NCBI GenBank assembly: GCA_036172245.1
Contig: JAYWIR010000015.1
Coordinates: 2,976,001-3,040,000, forward strand
Reading direction: 5' to 3'
DNA length: 64,000 nucleotides
Source: Raillietiella orientalis
Taxonomy: Eukaryota
Below, piece after piece: positions 11,101 to 24,815 of the stretch; the stretch's first letter is position 1, and every line of letters begins with the position of its first letter. A program made the translations under genes and the position numbers. The notes beneath the pieces were generated by a model. That model made no database searches, was not told the origin of the DNA, and saw nothing but the letters and a program-made list of their open reading frames with translations.

Positions 11101-14100
11101 ACAGACTTGGGCGTAACTGAAGGCACTGACAAATGCCTGGCTTGGGAAAACTAGCCACCCCAACCTCTTAAACGGACACGCTTCCCCAATTTTAAAAAAT
11201 CACGCCTGGAGATCAATTTGAGCCTCTGCCTTCAGCATCTCACTTTGCCTTTTATCTGATAGCGCGCCGCAGGGTTCCCGCTCGACGAAAACCGACAAGC
11301 CGGTGCCTGGAAAGCTCATTCTCAAGAAACGGGATCCCTAAGGACATCGAACGTTCTTCATGAATTCCACCCGAGTTTTTCCCTTATTCTGAAATCGCAA
11401 CAAGCCTTGCGACCTTGTCGGAAAGGCGTGTTACCTTTCTCTTGCTCGCATTTTGAATTCAATTTCACTACGCATTTTTTGCACAAATAAGTGCATGAAT
11501 AAATGTTATGAGTTTTGACGAATTCCCGAGGACGTGGAGGCACTGGCACGTTTACTCTTGGGGATGAGCAAGTGAGGAGAACGTTCACACGGCTGGTCAT
11601 CTGCTTCACCACACGCAAGAGACGCGGGTGCCTCTCGCACCGCAACTTGCAAGCGACCGATTCCTCCAGCCGAGGTCGGTCACCATACAGTTACCATGAA
11701 CAAAAAGGGAACCCTTGAGGCAGATGCTGACAGCTACGATTTCCCCCGGGCAATTTCATAAGAACATTTTGCGATAAGGATCATGTCTTCGGCATGCCCT
11801 GATCAAGACTTGACCGAACAACACCTAAAGCTCACTCCACGCCGTTTCTATGACCGCAGGAATCGGAGAACGGAATCGAAACCAGGGATCTAGCTGTTTC
11901 CACAATCTGCGACGAAGCTCGAGGTAGAACAGTCCCATCACAACCCCAATCGAACAGCTGAGCTGTATTTCAAATTATTCGACGATTCGTGAATCCAGGA
12001 AACAGTTTCGGGCACCGGAAGAACTATCGATGACTACATCGGTTACGTTTACATCCCTCATACTGAGTCGTAGGAATCGAGAGCGAGATACGCTCTTCGT
12101 CCGTTCCGATTCGCCACAGCATCCAGGTAATCTTATTGGCGACTCGTTACCGAAGCAAATCATTTTACGGAAACTGCACGATCGTGGTTCCTGTGATCAA
12201 TCAATGTTCGCGATCGTCTGCGACGTTCCTTTCGAGTTTCCGAGTGCACCGATGCACTCTTCGTTGCTCCACGGCTTCATCCGCACGCTTACAGACATCT
12301 GCATCTTTTATTCTCCTAACGTGCCTAATGCAGTCCTGACAGGAAAGGCACCACCAAAGGCACACCGAAGGCGCCCAGATGAGGCCAATGCAAACAACGT
12401 TAAAAGCAGCACACGCAACCGAATTCCAAAAATCAGCACATTTCACCAAGTGCACATGTCCGATCGTCAGTCTGAATGAATACACGCTTAAGAACAGGCA
12501 GCCAGAGATGCACGGCGTCTATACGACGACTTCTTCCGCAAAAGTACCAAAAACGAATAAATTATGCAGAATATTGAAGCATATGATGGGAAAAAGTGAA
12601 TGGTCACGGGAATGATCCCTACAAGTCGGGTAGGGCAAGGAGAGTGCACCACGAATTCGCAAACTTGGTGCCTGTTTGGGAACCAACCAGATGGGAAACA
12701 AACCTTCATTCGCAAACTGGGCGAGTTGTTTGCTAATCCTAATCTGATCCTTAGCTCGGTACCCTAAACACAAAGAATGGTCCAAAATCATCGAACTTCC
12801 ATGCCTAGGACCGGGCACCAAAGTGATTCTTGCTGAAACACTCTCTCCCATGGATCCATGTTTTCAAGATTAAACAAATGGAGTTCTGAACAGCTGGATT
12901 ATTGTGAAAGGGTTGAGTGAAAAGTTTTTCCTTTTTTACGCTTCCGTACCGCAATCACGTGGCATTACAAGATGAAAATGGGAGAGCATGCGAGCTCCCA
13001 CTCTTCAACACAGAACACGAGGCGAGCAGAGTTAATACACAAGATGAAAGCGCAAACGAATCCTCAGCATCTTAACGGCCAACATCATCCGAAAGGAGCA
13101 CGGCCAACGAGATCGCAACAGCACCTTTGGATGCTGTGTCCCAAACACCTCCAAGGAAAACGAATTTCGATGATATTGCAAAGTGCTAAACAACTGACCT
13201 ACTTTGCAATTGCAATAGATATGCTCGAAATTTCTACGAAAGAACCTATGGATAACCAAAATAGCTATGGAAAAGTTCCAAAATCTGTGGCTGGAACAGC
13301 AAAAACACCTCTTCATTCACTTCGGGGGAACGGAACGGATATTAGAAAGTTCTAAATTCGATTGTGCGTCTAAGTCATCACCTGAAAAGCTCTACCTCAA
13401 TCAGTATTTCGCTCTTATTAATGCTCAATTAATCAACTTACGTCTGGATGTTCTTTTACTGGTACATAAACTTTTTCTGACTTCGAAATAACTGCTCCTT
13501 CCGGGTCTGGCAATACCAATGGTTCTTTTTTCGTACCGTTGATTTGAAAAAGATTGCCCCGAACTCTTCCGATTTCTTGAAACAGATAAAAACAATTCAA
13601 AGCACTTGCAAAATGAAAAATGCAAGAACAAAAAAAAAATGTAGCGCAAAAAAGCACGTACAACGCTTAGGTATTAATAGATAGGTACAGGTATTACATA
13701 TAAGCCCAAACACATATATAACAACGATATCAAAATATACAAGGATAAATATATAAATATCTATGTATGCATGTATATAATGACACAATAAAGGACCCGG
13801 GGAAAAAGATACCCCCAACTGAAGGGTAGCAACAGATTTGCAAGCACGTGAAAGATCCTGGGACACATTCACGTCACTTGCAGAACCAATCGAAGGTTTA
13901 ATTTGAAAGAAAAAAACCCCCCCCCCCCAAAAAAAAGCAAAAGGTCTGGTAATTAATTGATTACTGGATCCACCACTCTCTGCGAAAGCACGCAATTCGA
14001 ATGCAAACAGCAGGGTGCTTCGTTCACCCAAGACGCTGAAACTTAAGATGCGAGACGCAACGACCACATTCCAAAGCAGAGGTGGTGGGTATTGTACACA

Positions 14101-17025
14101 GGAAAGACGGTGCGCACACTGCACACCTCAATTTTTGTTTATGCAATAAACACAACAAGTGATGCAAGGATTACCTTCCTCCCCTCCCCCCCCCCCGCAT
14201 TACTGGCCAGAGTCCCAGGAATCTCGAGAATGGGGACGAAGACACCTCGAGTGCGGACGTACCGAGACGGCAGCAACTGCGATCTCACGAGCGATCCCTC
14301 GGGAATGAAACGTCACCTCTTTGACTTCGGAAGGAACAAAGAGGTAACCGGACCGTTCCTCACCGCCTGGTCGCACACGTGCCTGTGTTTTCGAAATGAG
14401 AACTCATACACGGACACTTTTACTCCACAAAGGCATGCTGAAAAATCCTATCGGCGCTTAATTCGAAACGACCCTCAGCTCTCCGATAGGGCGGTTCAGG
14501 CGGTGTTTGGGCATCAGAACCCAACAGCGAGGGCAATCTGAAGCACATCCTCCATTGTGTGCACGCACGTCTTACAGAAGGCACACACGCATGGCCAGTA
14601 ATGGACAGCAGCCGTCTTCGGATACAAGCCCGTGATGGTGGTGGTGTTTTGGAAATGCGTGTTCCAAACGGAACTACGGCGTTCTGGCACCGGGAAAGAA
14701 AGGACTGCCCACGGTGGGGCACTGCACAAAAGCTCGACAGTCGATCCGCGACTCTGGAAACCTTCACCTCTTTATTGTGGTCAATAAAAACGAATTCAAC
14801 GATATGGTGGGAGACGTACCAACTCTTCCGAAAGCGAAACGGTAGGTTTTTACTGCAGCTTTAATCCTCGCGGCCCGCTCTTCAGCGGCGCTTCGGCGGT
14901 AGGAAGCACACCGCAACGTTAAGGAGGCTGCAGTTTCATCCGAGGGCAGGGACCACCGCTCACGAGTGCGAAAGTACGAAATTCGTTCATTAAAGCACGC
15001 ATTTATGAACCGGGTACGAGCAGATTTTTACGAGGTGCTGGTCGTATCCTACGATTAAATACAGCCCCACGCTACCATCCCGCGGGTGCATCGGAGGCAG
15101 TGCTGCTGCAGTTGTAGCAATCTACGAAGATGCAGACGCTTTGAGCGTCTCAGATGAACAAGACGCGCCTGTGAAAATATACGTGGTACAAGCATTTCCG
15201 GTACACGTTCTTCCGTGATCGGTGCATGCAAGATCTACTTCAGGATGGCAGTCCGGTTCATATAAACTTGCGTTTATGCGATCACTGCTTATCATGCTAA
15301 TGGCCAACAAATTCGACAAGTACTCCGACAAAAGATCATTCATTTGCTTATGCAAACACAATCTGCAGATAACTTGAAGCAAACTGGCTAATATGTAAGC
15401 AGCCAGTTTGGTTCAAGTTATTCTTATTTATTAGCCAAATATTTAATTTTAATGCTCTATGATGAAGTAATAATGCTGCTACCTACTATATGGTTGCTGG
15501 TAGCAACACACCTTATCAACTATGAATGACAAGCTTCAGGAATCATGACACAACAGTATGGAACAACAACAACAAATGCTGCTAACAACACAGTTAAAGT
15601 GATTTTTAGAATTTCACACATGCCTTTATAGTTGTAACCTTGTAGTGATATGAGGTGATCATTTGGCAGTATGAACCACATGATGGCATGGATGAATATA
15701 CAGAGATATTTTCTACAGATCAAGTGGCAAACTGCAGACAGCAATTTATGAATGAAATACTTTTGTTGGACTCTAGTTCATTACTTTATTGCTCATTATT
15801 TTACTGGAATTCAATTCTGAAGGTGTTCTACTTCCAAGGTGACATTCCATTAAGAAGGCAAGCATAAGCAAAGTTGGTCTACATCAAACTTTTGTTTAGA
15901 GGCCAAAAACTCAACTGTCCAAAGAATTTAGCAACAGCTCTGACCAAAGTTAAATGAAGTAATGGGTAAACTCCCAAAACAAATGATCAAGCGCAAAAAA
16001 TCAAAACAGGTGTTAATTCTATTGAAATGCATAAAATCAAAAGCATTCTATTGTGAAAAGCTTTTTTTGCCGGAAACCACCTATTAAGATGTTCTGCTAT
16101 TGCATGCATCTAAAATGGACACATATTTGACATTCACAACGTGGCAATTTATGTTTTACATACACATATTAACAAAGGGTCGTGAAATTCTGATCTTCAA
16201 AATCTCAATTTTAAAGGCGTGCAGACCGCAATCTGAAAACTCGAGGCAAATTTGAATGAAGGAAGAAACATACTCGGCTTTGTCAGCACTAAAACAAACA
16301 AAGATGACACACTTGTTTATTTTACAAAGATTTTTCGGAAAAAACTAAATTTCCTATAGCTTGCTCCTCTTGTAACATTACATTGGGTTTTGAAGAATTT
16401 ACTGTATATTACATGGGAGTGTGAAGTCTACATTCATTGCAAGATTGGCGATCCCAGGGTTAACAAACAGAAGGAAAAAAAAATCTTCGAGTTAAGGAAT
16501 TCTGGATGACGACAAACGGCCAAATGAGAGGCACTTTAGGAAGGCCAGGGTTCCTATGCCGTGTCATACCGAGACAATCAAGTGGCAAGCCTAAAATTTT
16601 CTACAAACCATCAATTCATATAAAAGACTTCCCAAGCAACTGCAGTACTTCCTTTCCTACATCGAAGTTACAAGCACTATTCAAACACAACACGGCCAAA
16701 CCACAGAACTTCCTATCTTCATTTGTGTGTATGTGTGTGCGTGCTTTTTTTTTTTTTTTTTTTTTTTTTTCGGGAGGGGGGGGGAGAAAAAAAAATTTTT
16801 TTCCCCCTCTTTTATTAACTTAATAACATGCATCCCTTCCACGGTCCAATCTCTCAATTTTTCTGGTTAACTTTTAGCAATAATATAACAAAGCACCTTA
16901 CCATCGTCCAAGAGCCTCTCAAGATGCACGAAGACGTTCGGAAACGCAGCAAGCTGTTTTTTATCTTTTAATAGCTGCGCCAAATAATCTGCAATACTTT
17001 GAGTACTGTTAGTAATATCACTCAT
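8033..17025 (-). CDS. how: held out wings / quaking (STAR family KH-domain RNA-binding protein), whole spliced gene span; long isoform about 326 aa, short isoform about 307 aa
   Basis: Exons 17025-16902, 13575-13442, 9880-9764, 9484-9341, 8689-8590, 8529-8245 (or to 8225) and 8109-8033 join in frame at GT-AG junctions. The product has QUA1 ([32 protein letters not shown]), a maxi-KH domain ([30 protein letters not shown]) and QUA2 ([21 protein letters not shown]). Confidence 0.97.
8225..8529 (-). CDS. how: how/QKI coding exon 6 (Pro/Tyr-rich tail); reading past the internal donor gives the short-isoform end GGLFAR*
   Basis: Acceptor ttttcccacag, peptide ...[17 protein letters not shown]...[17 protein letters not shown] with TAA at 8227-8225. 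As I recall, GGLFAR is the Drosophila How(S) C-terminus. Internal donor G|gtgggt lies at 8245/8244. Confidence 0.92.
8590..8689 (-). CDS. how: how/QKI coding exon 5 (QUA2)
   Basis: Acceptor tttttccctag, peptide [33 protein letters not shown], donor gtaagg at 8589. Confidence 0.93.
9341..9484 (-). CDS. how: how/QKI coding exon 4 (C-terminal half of KH domain)
   Basis: Peptide [48 protein letters not shown] between a tag acceptor and a gtaggt donor; 144 nt, phase 0/0. Confidence 0.96.
9764..9880 (-). CDS. how: how/QKI coding exon 3 (KH domain with GXXG loop)
   Basis: Acceptor cctttcag, peptide [39 protein letters not shown], donor gtagga. Confidence 0.97.
13442..13575 (-). CDS. how: how/QKI coding exon 2
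   Basis: Acceptor ttttatctgtttcaag, peptide [45 protein letters not shown], donor gtaagt. Confidence 0.95.
16902..17025 (-). CDS. how: how/QKI coding exon 1 (start codon, QUA1 dimerisation region)
   Basis: ATG at 17025 reads [41 protein letters not shown]+G, then donor gtaagg; phase 1. Confidence 0.95.
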
Positions 17026-20000
17026 ATTTTAAGCTATAAGAACCTGAGCTTCTTAATGACCACACAAGACAAGTAAGACTTTGCTTTACCGACTTAAGAC
17101 GAAAACGCTATCACAGTGAGAAAGAAAATCCGGATTAGTCCATTCGTTTTTTTTAAGGTGCAGCAAGTTTGTTATTGGCTGTAAGTTTGCGGAGGAAGAT
17201 CTTGCACTTTCTTATTCTTCATGTGTGCGTTTTACACACACAAATCTCAAAATAACGTTCTCTGGAAACTTTGCCAATTTACACTTAACTTTGATGTGTG
17301 AAACAAAATAGCTGTGCAGTCGGTGCACGCACAAAGCAGATATAGCGAGCATGTGGGCTCCTAATTAGACAATGGGAGACGGCCGCGCGTTATGGAAGCG
17401 GAGGACACGGAGATGGCCGTTCCCCCGAAGGTGGACGGGGGCCCGCCCCCGCCGCTTAGCCACTGCGGCTGGGCGTGAGGGAGCCGCCGGGAATGGGGTG
17501 CCTTTTCTCTCTCTCTCTCTCTTTTCTTTCTTTCCTCTTTTTGTTTTTCCTCCCGCGAAGCAAGGAAGCGTTCGTTTTTTTTCCCCCCTCTCCCGAACCG
17601 GCGGGGGTGTTTCCTGCACGCATCCCTTTGAGGGAGGCGAAAATGGATCAGAAGTGGATGTTCTCTTCTCCCGAGCTGGGAAAGCTCGAACGAGGCAGAC
17701 GAAAATCGAAGCAAGCGCAGGAATTGCACCTTGTTCTTGTGTGTTCAGTTTGGCTCACTTTCCCCAGTGTGTGGTTTGTCAGCTGTTGTGCAAGTCTATA
17801 TTTAAAATGGAAGGGGGGGGGGGGAAGGGAGGGAGGGGAGGACGAGAGCGAGGGGTGAGGAAGAGGAAGAAGTTTGAGCATTCTTGCAAGCACGGGTTCT
17901 TCTCAGACCCAGACTCCAAAAATCGGGCAGGAGGAAATAAAGAGTGGAAGACGCGTTGCGAGCGTCAGCGACGGCAGCGGGGCCGCTGGGGTTCGTTCCT
18001 GTTTGTTTTCAGTTCTGCAGATCGAGCAGCGGGAGCGAGTTCATCCTCTGGCAGGACGCTCGATTCGCTTCCGGAAATCCGCCTCCGATGGGGACGGAAA
18101 GCTCCCCTCCCCCGTGGAAACGGGGATTTGCGCGCGCGAAAAAAATTCGGGAGCTTTCCCGGGGCGCGTTCCGTACCGACGCACTCCGAGGGGGAGTCGG
18201 AGCGGCCGCCCATGCTGGCGAGCCAGGAAGATGGCTGCGGAGGTCCCTCCCTCTGAGACGGAAAAAGAAAGGCTAGGTTGGCTCTTCCTGGGAGGAGGAG
18301 GAGGGTCTGGAGCTGGGGGAGAAACGGGTTGCGCGGCGGACAGGGTAATCTGCGCGAGGTGCCCACGGTGTGCAGAGAGGGGAAGAGACCAACTGACGCC
18401 TGAGAGCAGAGCGGCCGGAGCCGCAAGAGATGTCAGGAAACCTCGTGCGCTTCCGTCGCGCCGGTCCCACGACGCCAGGACGCGGGTGGAGGCGCAGGGC
18501 AGCTCCGGTCAGAGTGGGCGGAGAGTTCGTGCGGAGGGGGAAGGTGGCGTGAGGGAGGAGGCGGAGGCGGAGGGGTGTGCTTGACGCCCCCACGCGCCCT
18601 CGGGCGGTGGCGGAGACGTCGTGCCGGAGGAGCCACGGAGGCCCTCGGCACTATGGACAGAGTCGCGCGCGGCCCTTCGCTCCAGCTCCGCGTTGTCTGC
18701 TGGAGGCGGGTCTCCGCGAGCGGATCTCTCTCTCACTAGCTGGGGGGAGGATGAGCAGGGGGGAGGGAGGAAGGAAGGTCTCCCAGCCTTCCCCGCCAAC
18801 TTGAGGGGGTTCCGAGCCGCGGAGGGAGCGCAGGAGGGGACAGGAGGAAGGGTCAGGGAGGAAGGAGCGGCTTGCTCCCGGATGGCACTGCCTCCGCCTC
18901 CGGACTTCCCGGGCTGGTTGCCAGCCCTCCGACTCGGCTCGTTACGCTCGGGGAGGAGAACGTGGGAGGGGCATCGGGAGACGCTCGTCCACCTGGAGGA
19001 GCGCGTCAACCTCCGCAAAATTCTCTCCCCGGGTCTCCGCAGGAAACGATGAGGAATAAGGGGGGGGCGGAAGCGGCGGCGAGCCGCTTCCGGGTCCACG
19101 CTGTCGCCCGCGGCGGTGGTGGACGAATGCCGCACCGCCGCGAAGGCCACCCGGGTGTGCGCTCACGGCGCGCTGACCGTTCCCAGCGGAGGTGGAGCGA
19201 GCGGAATTCTACCGGCTCGAGAAGCGCGCGGCGAGCGTTTCGCAAGGCGGCGGTGACCTTGGCAACCGTCGCACCTCCTGGAGAAAGGTGTCCGCCCAGC
19301 GCGCACCGGCCCAGGGGACGGCGGCGGCGCCTCCTCTGCTGCTGCCCCTTCCTCCTTTCCTTCCGCCCTTGCCTGCTCCTCCCTTTCTCTGGCGTGCCCG
19401 CCGCCTGGGAGCAGGGAGAACGGCGCGACCCGGTTTCGGTGTTGTTTACCGGCCGGACACTGCCGCGAGGGCGTCCGGCCTCCGCATCACGTCTCGGCCA
19501 CCTGGCAGAGTTGCGCCCTCCCCGAGCTCCCGGGGATCCTCTCGGGCACCCGGGAACCGCGCAATTGCGTTCTTTTCGCCTCAACACGCCCCGCCGGGCG
19601 CTCGCCCGCAGCCGCAGCCGCCCGCCAAGTACCGCAGGGCTGCCATTTCCTAGCAGACGCGCTCGAGCACTGCCCGAGGAATTTCGCGGGATTGCTGCTC
19701 GGTCAGGTGACTCACGGGGTCACCGCAATGGCGGAAGCGAGCGAGAGAGAGACGCGGCGCGCCTCCTGCTGCCCCGGCCGCCGGCTGGTCTCTCTCGCCC
19801 GCCCGCCGCGGGCTGTCCACTTCAGGTCCACGGCAGCGGGTCCCGCAGCGCTCTTCCCCCGGGTTCACGGGAGCCATTCCTTCCATCGCCGTCGTCCCGT
19901 CCCTTCCAGCCACCACGTCCAAGAGCCTGCCCGCCTCCGATCCCCTTCCTGTTGGGCGGAGGGAGGGCTTAAAGGTGAAAGGGGCGATGGATCGTCTGCG

Positions 20001-23000
20001 AGAAGTGCGTGGAGGGTCCCTCCTCTTCCCCTCCTCTTGCAGACAGCGCTCGCGTCCGTCGCCGCGGAGGTCGCGCATCTCCTGAGCACCCCGCTGTCTC
20101 GGGCAGGCAAGGGAAGGATGAGAGAAGGCACGCGGGAGTAGAAGGAGGGAGGGAAGACAAAGAAAAAAAGAAAAAGAAAAAGGCAACAACAATAGGATGG
20201 GTGAATAGGCAGGAAGACGCTCAGGAGCACACGAAGCAGGAAGGGGGTCGAGGCAGGCGGGATGGGAGGAGGTGAGGAGAGATCCACGTTTTGTGCCCCG
20301 GGACCGCGTGCAGATCGTCGTCGGTATGGCCAGCCAGCCCAGTCACCTCTCGTTGGCTGGGTTCCTGCAGGTTTGCTATTGGTTCTCTTGACGCTCGCGC
20401 TCCTGCATGCCATCTAAGAGAGAATCTGCGTATTAAAACGGAAGCGCAACGCGGAGGAAGGTGAAAGGAAACTTGCCCTCCCGTGAGGCCGTCACGCAGC
20501 GCGTGGGAGATAGGGAAGCCCGGGTTCACGGAGAAAAAATAGCGAGACGGGGGAACCGGCAAGCCGGGAAAAAGGTGTCCCAGGGGCGTCCGACGCGAAC
20601 GTTCAAAGCCGTCCTACCGGGATCCAGGGAAGCAGACGGAGCGCGGTCGCGCCCGCGCGCGAGTTCGCCAACGTCGCCCCACGGAAGCCTGAGGTGAAAG
20701 CAGGAGCACCACCGCCACCGCCGCCGCCAAAATCGGGGCGCAAGGCGGAGCAAGGAAGCTGCTCTGTTCCCCCCTCGTTTCCCCCCTCCCAAGTCGATGC
20801 GGCAAGCAGGGCGTGCCTTTCCCCTAACCGCGGGGGAGGACGAAAGGTTTCGGCTTCCCGGGAAGATCAAGAAGGGAAGGGAGCGGCTGCTGAGGAACTG
20901 GTCCGCGGTGGACGCAGCCAGCCAGCCTCGGGGGGCTGAGTGAAGAGCGGGGGTCTTGGAGCTTCCGGTCTTGCTGGGAAGGCCGCGTGAGTTTCCCCGG
21001 CATATCCCATGCTGCAATTGTCAGTTTTCCTTCCCGAGAACCGAAGACGGACGGGAGTCATGCGCGTCGAAGGATGCTGCATCCTCTTTGCGTCACCTTA
21101 AATTGTCATCTTTCCAGTTTTTTTTTTTTTTTGCTCGGGACAGTCACACAAAAAAAAAGAGGGATGCGCCGCCATTTTCCAGAGGAAACCGTTCGAGTGG
21201 AATCTCAGGAAAAGCATCCGTCCATCCATCGAGTCAATGAGACGCAAAGCACACGAGTGGGCATGCGAGCGCTGCGCATCTCGAGATGCAGGAGATGTGC
21301 ATGCTGGAGCGCGCCATGCCGTCCGGGATGTGCATCGCGCGCCCAGCCCGATACCTGCGATCAGGTTCCTGCCGAACGGAAATAAATTCCCGAAGCGCGA
21401 GCCTGCGAGCACGGGACGAGGGCTCCGCCAAACAGATGCTCCTTTTCTTCCCGCTCCCGTGCGACGGGCGATCTGGGAGCGAATAAAAAAGCATGGCTGT
21501 GGGCTGCTCGCACGCGCGTGCGCACTCGAGCAGGTTCGGCTCTGCCGGCGCGACGCTGTAGGCAGTCCGGCCTCCCCATGCAGCGGACGCGGGCGCCTTG
21601 CCGAGTGGGGGGGCCCACGCTGGCGGTTGGGAAGGAAGCGTGTGGAACACCAGCCTCTCGAAGATGAATCGCTGCACTCTCGGCAGGAATAAAAAATGCA
21701 GAGGAGAGAACAAATAAAAAAAAAAAAAAGGGCAGATGAAGCGCAGTCAGTTTCCGAGGCTCAGGGAAAAGCCATACGGGGCACGCCCATCCAATATTCG
21801 CTCGTCAGTCCACACAGAAAGACGTATGTGTGTAGGAGAGGGGGGAAACGAAGCGAAAGTGGGGAAAAAGCAATGCCAAAAGTCCTGCGAAAAAAAATCA
21901 ACCGGGAATTATGGCCACGGGAAGCGAGCCGTTTCCCCGTGGACGGAGGTTTTGCTCCTCCCAACTGCGAGCGATGGGCACACGAGCGGTCCCGTTTCTC
22001 CCGCAGCAACGTGGGGCTCATTTTAGATTGCATCCTTGTCCCGAGGAAAAAGAGGTGAGCAGAGGACAAAGCAACTTCGGGATGACACGGAAAAGCATAT
22101 TGTACGTGGGAGTACCATTCTCACTGAGTTACCCTACTATCCCCTTCCCTCCTCGAAAAGGAAAAAAGGCACTGATTGCGTGCCATTTCGACGAGCTGTC
22201 GTCGACGAGCCTGTCGTACCCTGCTAATGTTCCTCCCCCTCCTCATTCCTTAGTGAATGGTTTATGTATCTATCATTTCACACTTTGGATCCCGCGAGAC
22301 GGAAGCGTCGTTTTCAGAATGTGTGGATCGGCATGGATTTGTAGTCGCTCCGGGGCTATTCGTTTTCACGACTTATCTAATGAATCCAAATGATTTATGC
22401 AATCGATCGGGGGTGAGTGATATTTTGTGGCCCGATTCTCTTTGTCTGAGGTTTCCGGGCACCGGGCAATTAACTGCGCAAGCCAAACCTTCGGATCCTG
22501 GCAGTGTGCTTCCCTGTACCGCCGAGATGCGACTGCGCTCCCGATGGGAGCGTTCTCCCTGTTTTTCGTGTCGCCGAAGATGTCTCAATTCCTCCTCCAC
22601 TGGGAACAGTGCGTAGTGGCAGCATGTTCTCGGTTTCGGCAAAATAAAAAGAAAAGCAGCCCGGAGGTGTTCTTTCCATGCTCCTGCGATCGTGATCGGC
22701 AGGTGAAAGTCCAGGCCTACAGGGTCTCCTACGATTTTTTCCTCGGGGTCCCTCCGTTTCAATAAACGAGCGGGTGCAAGAAATGTTCGCCAGAGAGGTC
22801 CTAGGCGAATCGGTTGGATGGATGAGTGTGAAGTGAGCCTGGCTCCTCGGTAATTCGAAGCCATCTCTGAGCGTTCTTTGTCTCCTGTGCGGCCGAAGAA
22901 GTAGGGCGGTCACGACGAGTGCATCTGCACCTCCATTCCTCACCATCTCAGCTCCCCCCCCCTCTTCATTTGTATGCCTCTCCCTCACTTCTGTTTCAGG

Positions 23001-23624
23001 AAAACAACGCAGAATGCAGGATGTCTCTCCAGACGTGGCATTCACTTAGTCCTCCTATTTTCTACCTCTTGATCCGCCGCCATCTCTGCCAATTTGGTGA
23101 CTTGTAAGCTATCAAGAGGCTTCCTTGTGGTCTCAACGAAGACCTGATGGCCATCTAAAGGGAGCATGGGGGCGTTTCGACCTTTTTCTACTGCCTTTTT
23201 TTTTTTTTTTATTGTCCTGTTTTCCTGTTTCGCTCCGTCTTTCGCTAGTGCGCACTGCGCACCAGTCGCGTGCAGCAGCAACTCCCGTCCTCCTCCCTTC
23301 ACCCGGTTCCCCCGAACGTTGCCTGCCGAAAGCATCATCGTGCTCTCGTTCGCGGAGCCGGATGCCAGGGTTCCAGAAGCACTTCCTTATCCCGTGCGGG
23401 GAAATCCTCGCTCATTCCCTTTTGATCACCCGTTGCGTCTGGGAGGTATTCCCCCTCGCGAGCGGCAGCGGGCGTTGCCATAACAACAACCCCCGTGCTC
23501 GCTACGGCGGTTCCGGAACTGCTCCTTCTCTCTTCCTTATTTATTTACGTTCGTCTTGGATACCTTTGCTATCAAGAGAGGAGGCGTGGAAGGGGGAGGG
23601 AAGGGAACGGAGAGAGAAACACAC

Positions 23625-23628
<4 letters not shown>

Positions 23629-23679
<51 letters not shown>
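23629..23679. repeat. (GA)n microsatellite, about 25 units
   Basis: Uninterrupted agag... run. Confidence 0.97.
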
Positions 23680-23680
<1 letters not shown>

Positions 23681-24662
23681 GCAGCAGCAGCTCTTTCTTC
23701 CTTTCCTTCTCGGGACTGAGACGGCGGCCATTCGCTCACTCGGCAGCACCGCTTGCTCGGCCGGTGGACCGCCCCCCTTCCCATCTCCTTATCGGCTAGA
23801 ACGTGAGCTGGCGCAAATGTGGCGAATGCCTCCCGTCGGAAGGCGGCTCCGCGCGGGTCCCGCGAAGGCGAAGGGGGCAGTCCCTCCAAGGCCGCTCGGC
23901 AGTCGCTTCTTGCGTGCAACTCAGTGTGCAGTGCCCGCTAAAGAGACTGGTCGTTCGTTGCCTCTCTTATCTTGGAGATCCCGCCCTCGTTTCCGTCGGT
24001 TTCGCCCCATCTCGTTCCATCCGCCCTTCCCCCGGTTATTATCTGAAACGCTGCTGCATGCTTCTTCTGCTGCTGCTGCTGGGATTTTGTTATCTGACTC
24101 TTCTCCAGAACTCCCGAGCCTCATTCCCCCATGCATCCTCCCTACCCGATGGATCCTCCTTCCCGTTTCACCCCCCCCCCCCCCTGCCAGCGTTAGTTAG
24201 TACTCGGGGTCCCGTGGCAACGGCGCGTGATGAACCGCTATTCTTCGCAGGGGCTCCGTTGCATTCCATTCCGATTCTTTTTCCTCGTATACGGTGCCGA
24301 CGGCAGCCGCTCGGAGTACGAGGAGTACGCATCTCCTCCGGCTTCCAGAAGATTCACTACGAAAATTCGCTGGGATACAGCGGCGCACACTTCAGCTGAA
24401 CGCCAAGCTTTTGCCTGGATTCCTTCGGGAGCTCCTCTTCCCTGGGATGGACATTGTTGTCCTAAAAGCTCTTCTTCCGAGCGGACTCGCAGGTCACTTT
24501 CGAGTCCCTTCCTATTTTCTTTCCTTCGCAGGTTTTCGCACCGCGGATCCACCAGGTAGTCAGCCGTCCCTTTCGTGTGGTGTTCGAGCGCTCACCCTCG
24601 CAAGGCTCATGCGCATGAGCGACCCGAGTAAAATGGGCGCGTGACAAAGTGCAATAAAAAAA

Positions 24663-24815
24663 GTGTGCATGAATGCATCATAAGCGTGCTGCTTTAAGAT
24701 GCTCCCTGGAATTAGTTCAGGATTAGCATCTGATTAGTGGTACACGCATATATGCGTACAACTGAGGTCGGTACGCGTACATGACTGCTCCTAGCCACGC
24801 ACGTTTCATGCACAC
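24663..24815. other. 153-bp element bounded by 11-bp perfect inverted repeats, with internal hairpins
   Basis: gtgtgcatgaa (24663-24673) pairs with ttcatgcacac (24805-24815). Internal stems: agatgct...agcatct (24697-24731), acgcatatatgcgt and gtacgcgtac. Confidence 0.5.

Noticed and set aside
24058..24399. Signal-peptide-like start MLLLLLLLGFCYLTLLQNSRA
   Set aside because: The Leu run comes from a (CTG)n repeat and the rest has no recognisable domain or splice structure.
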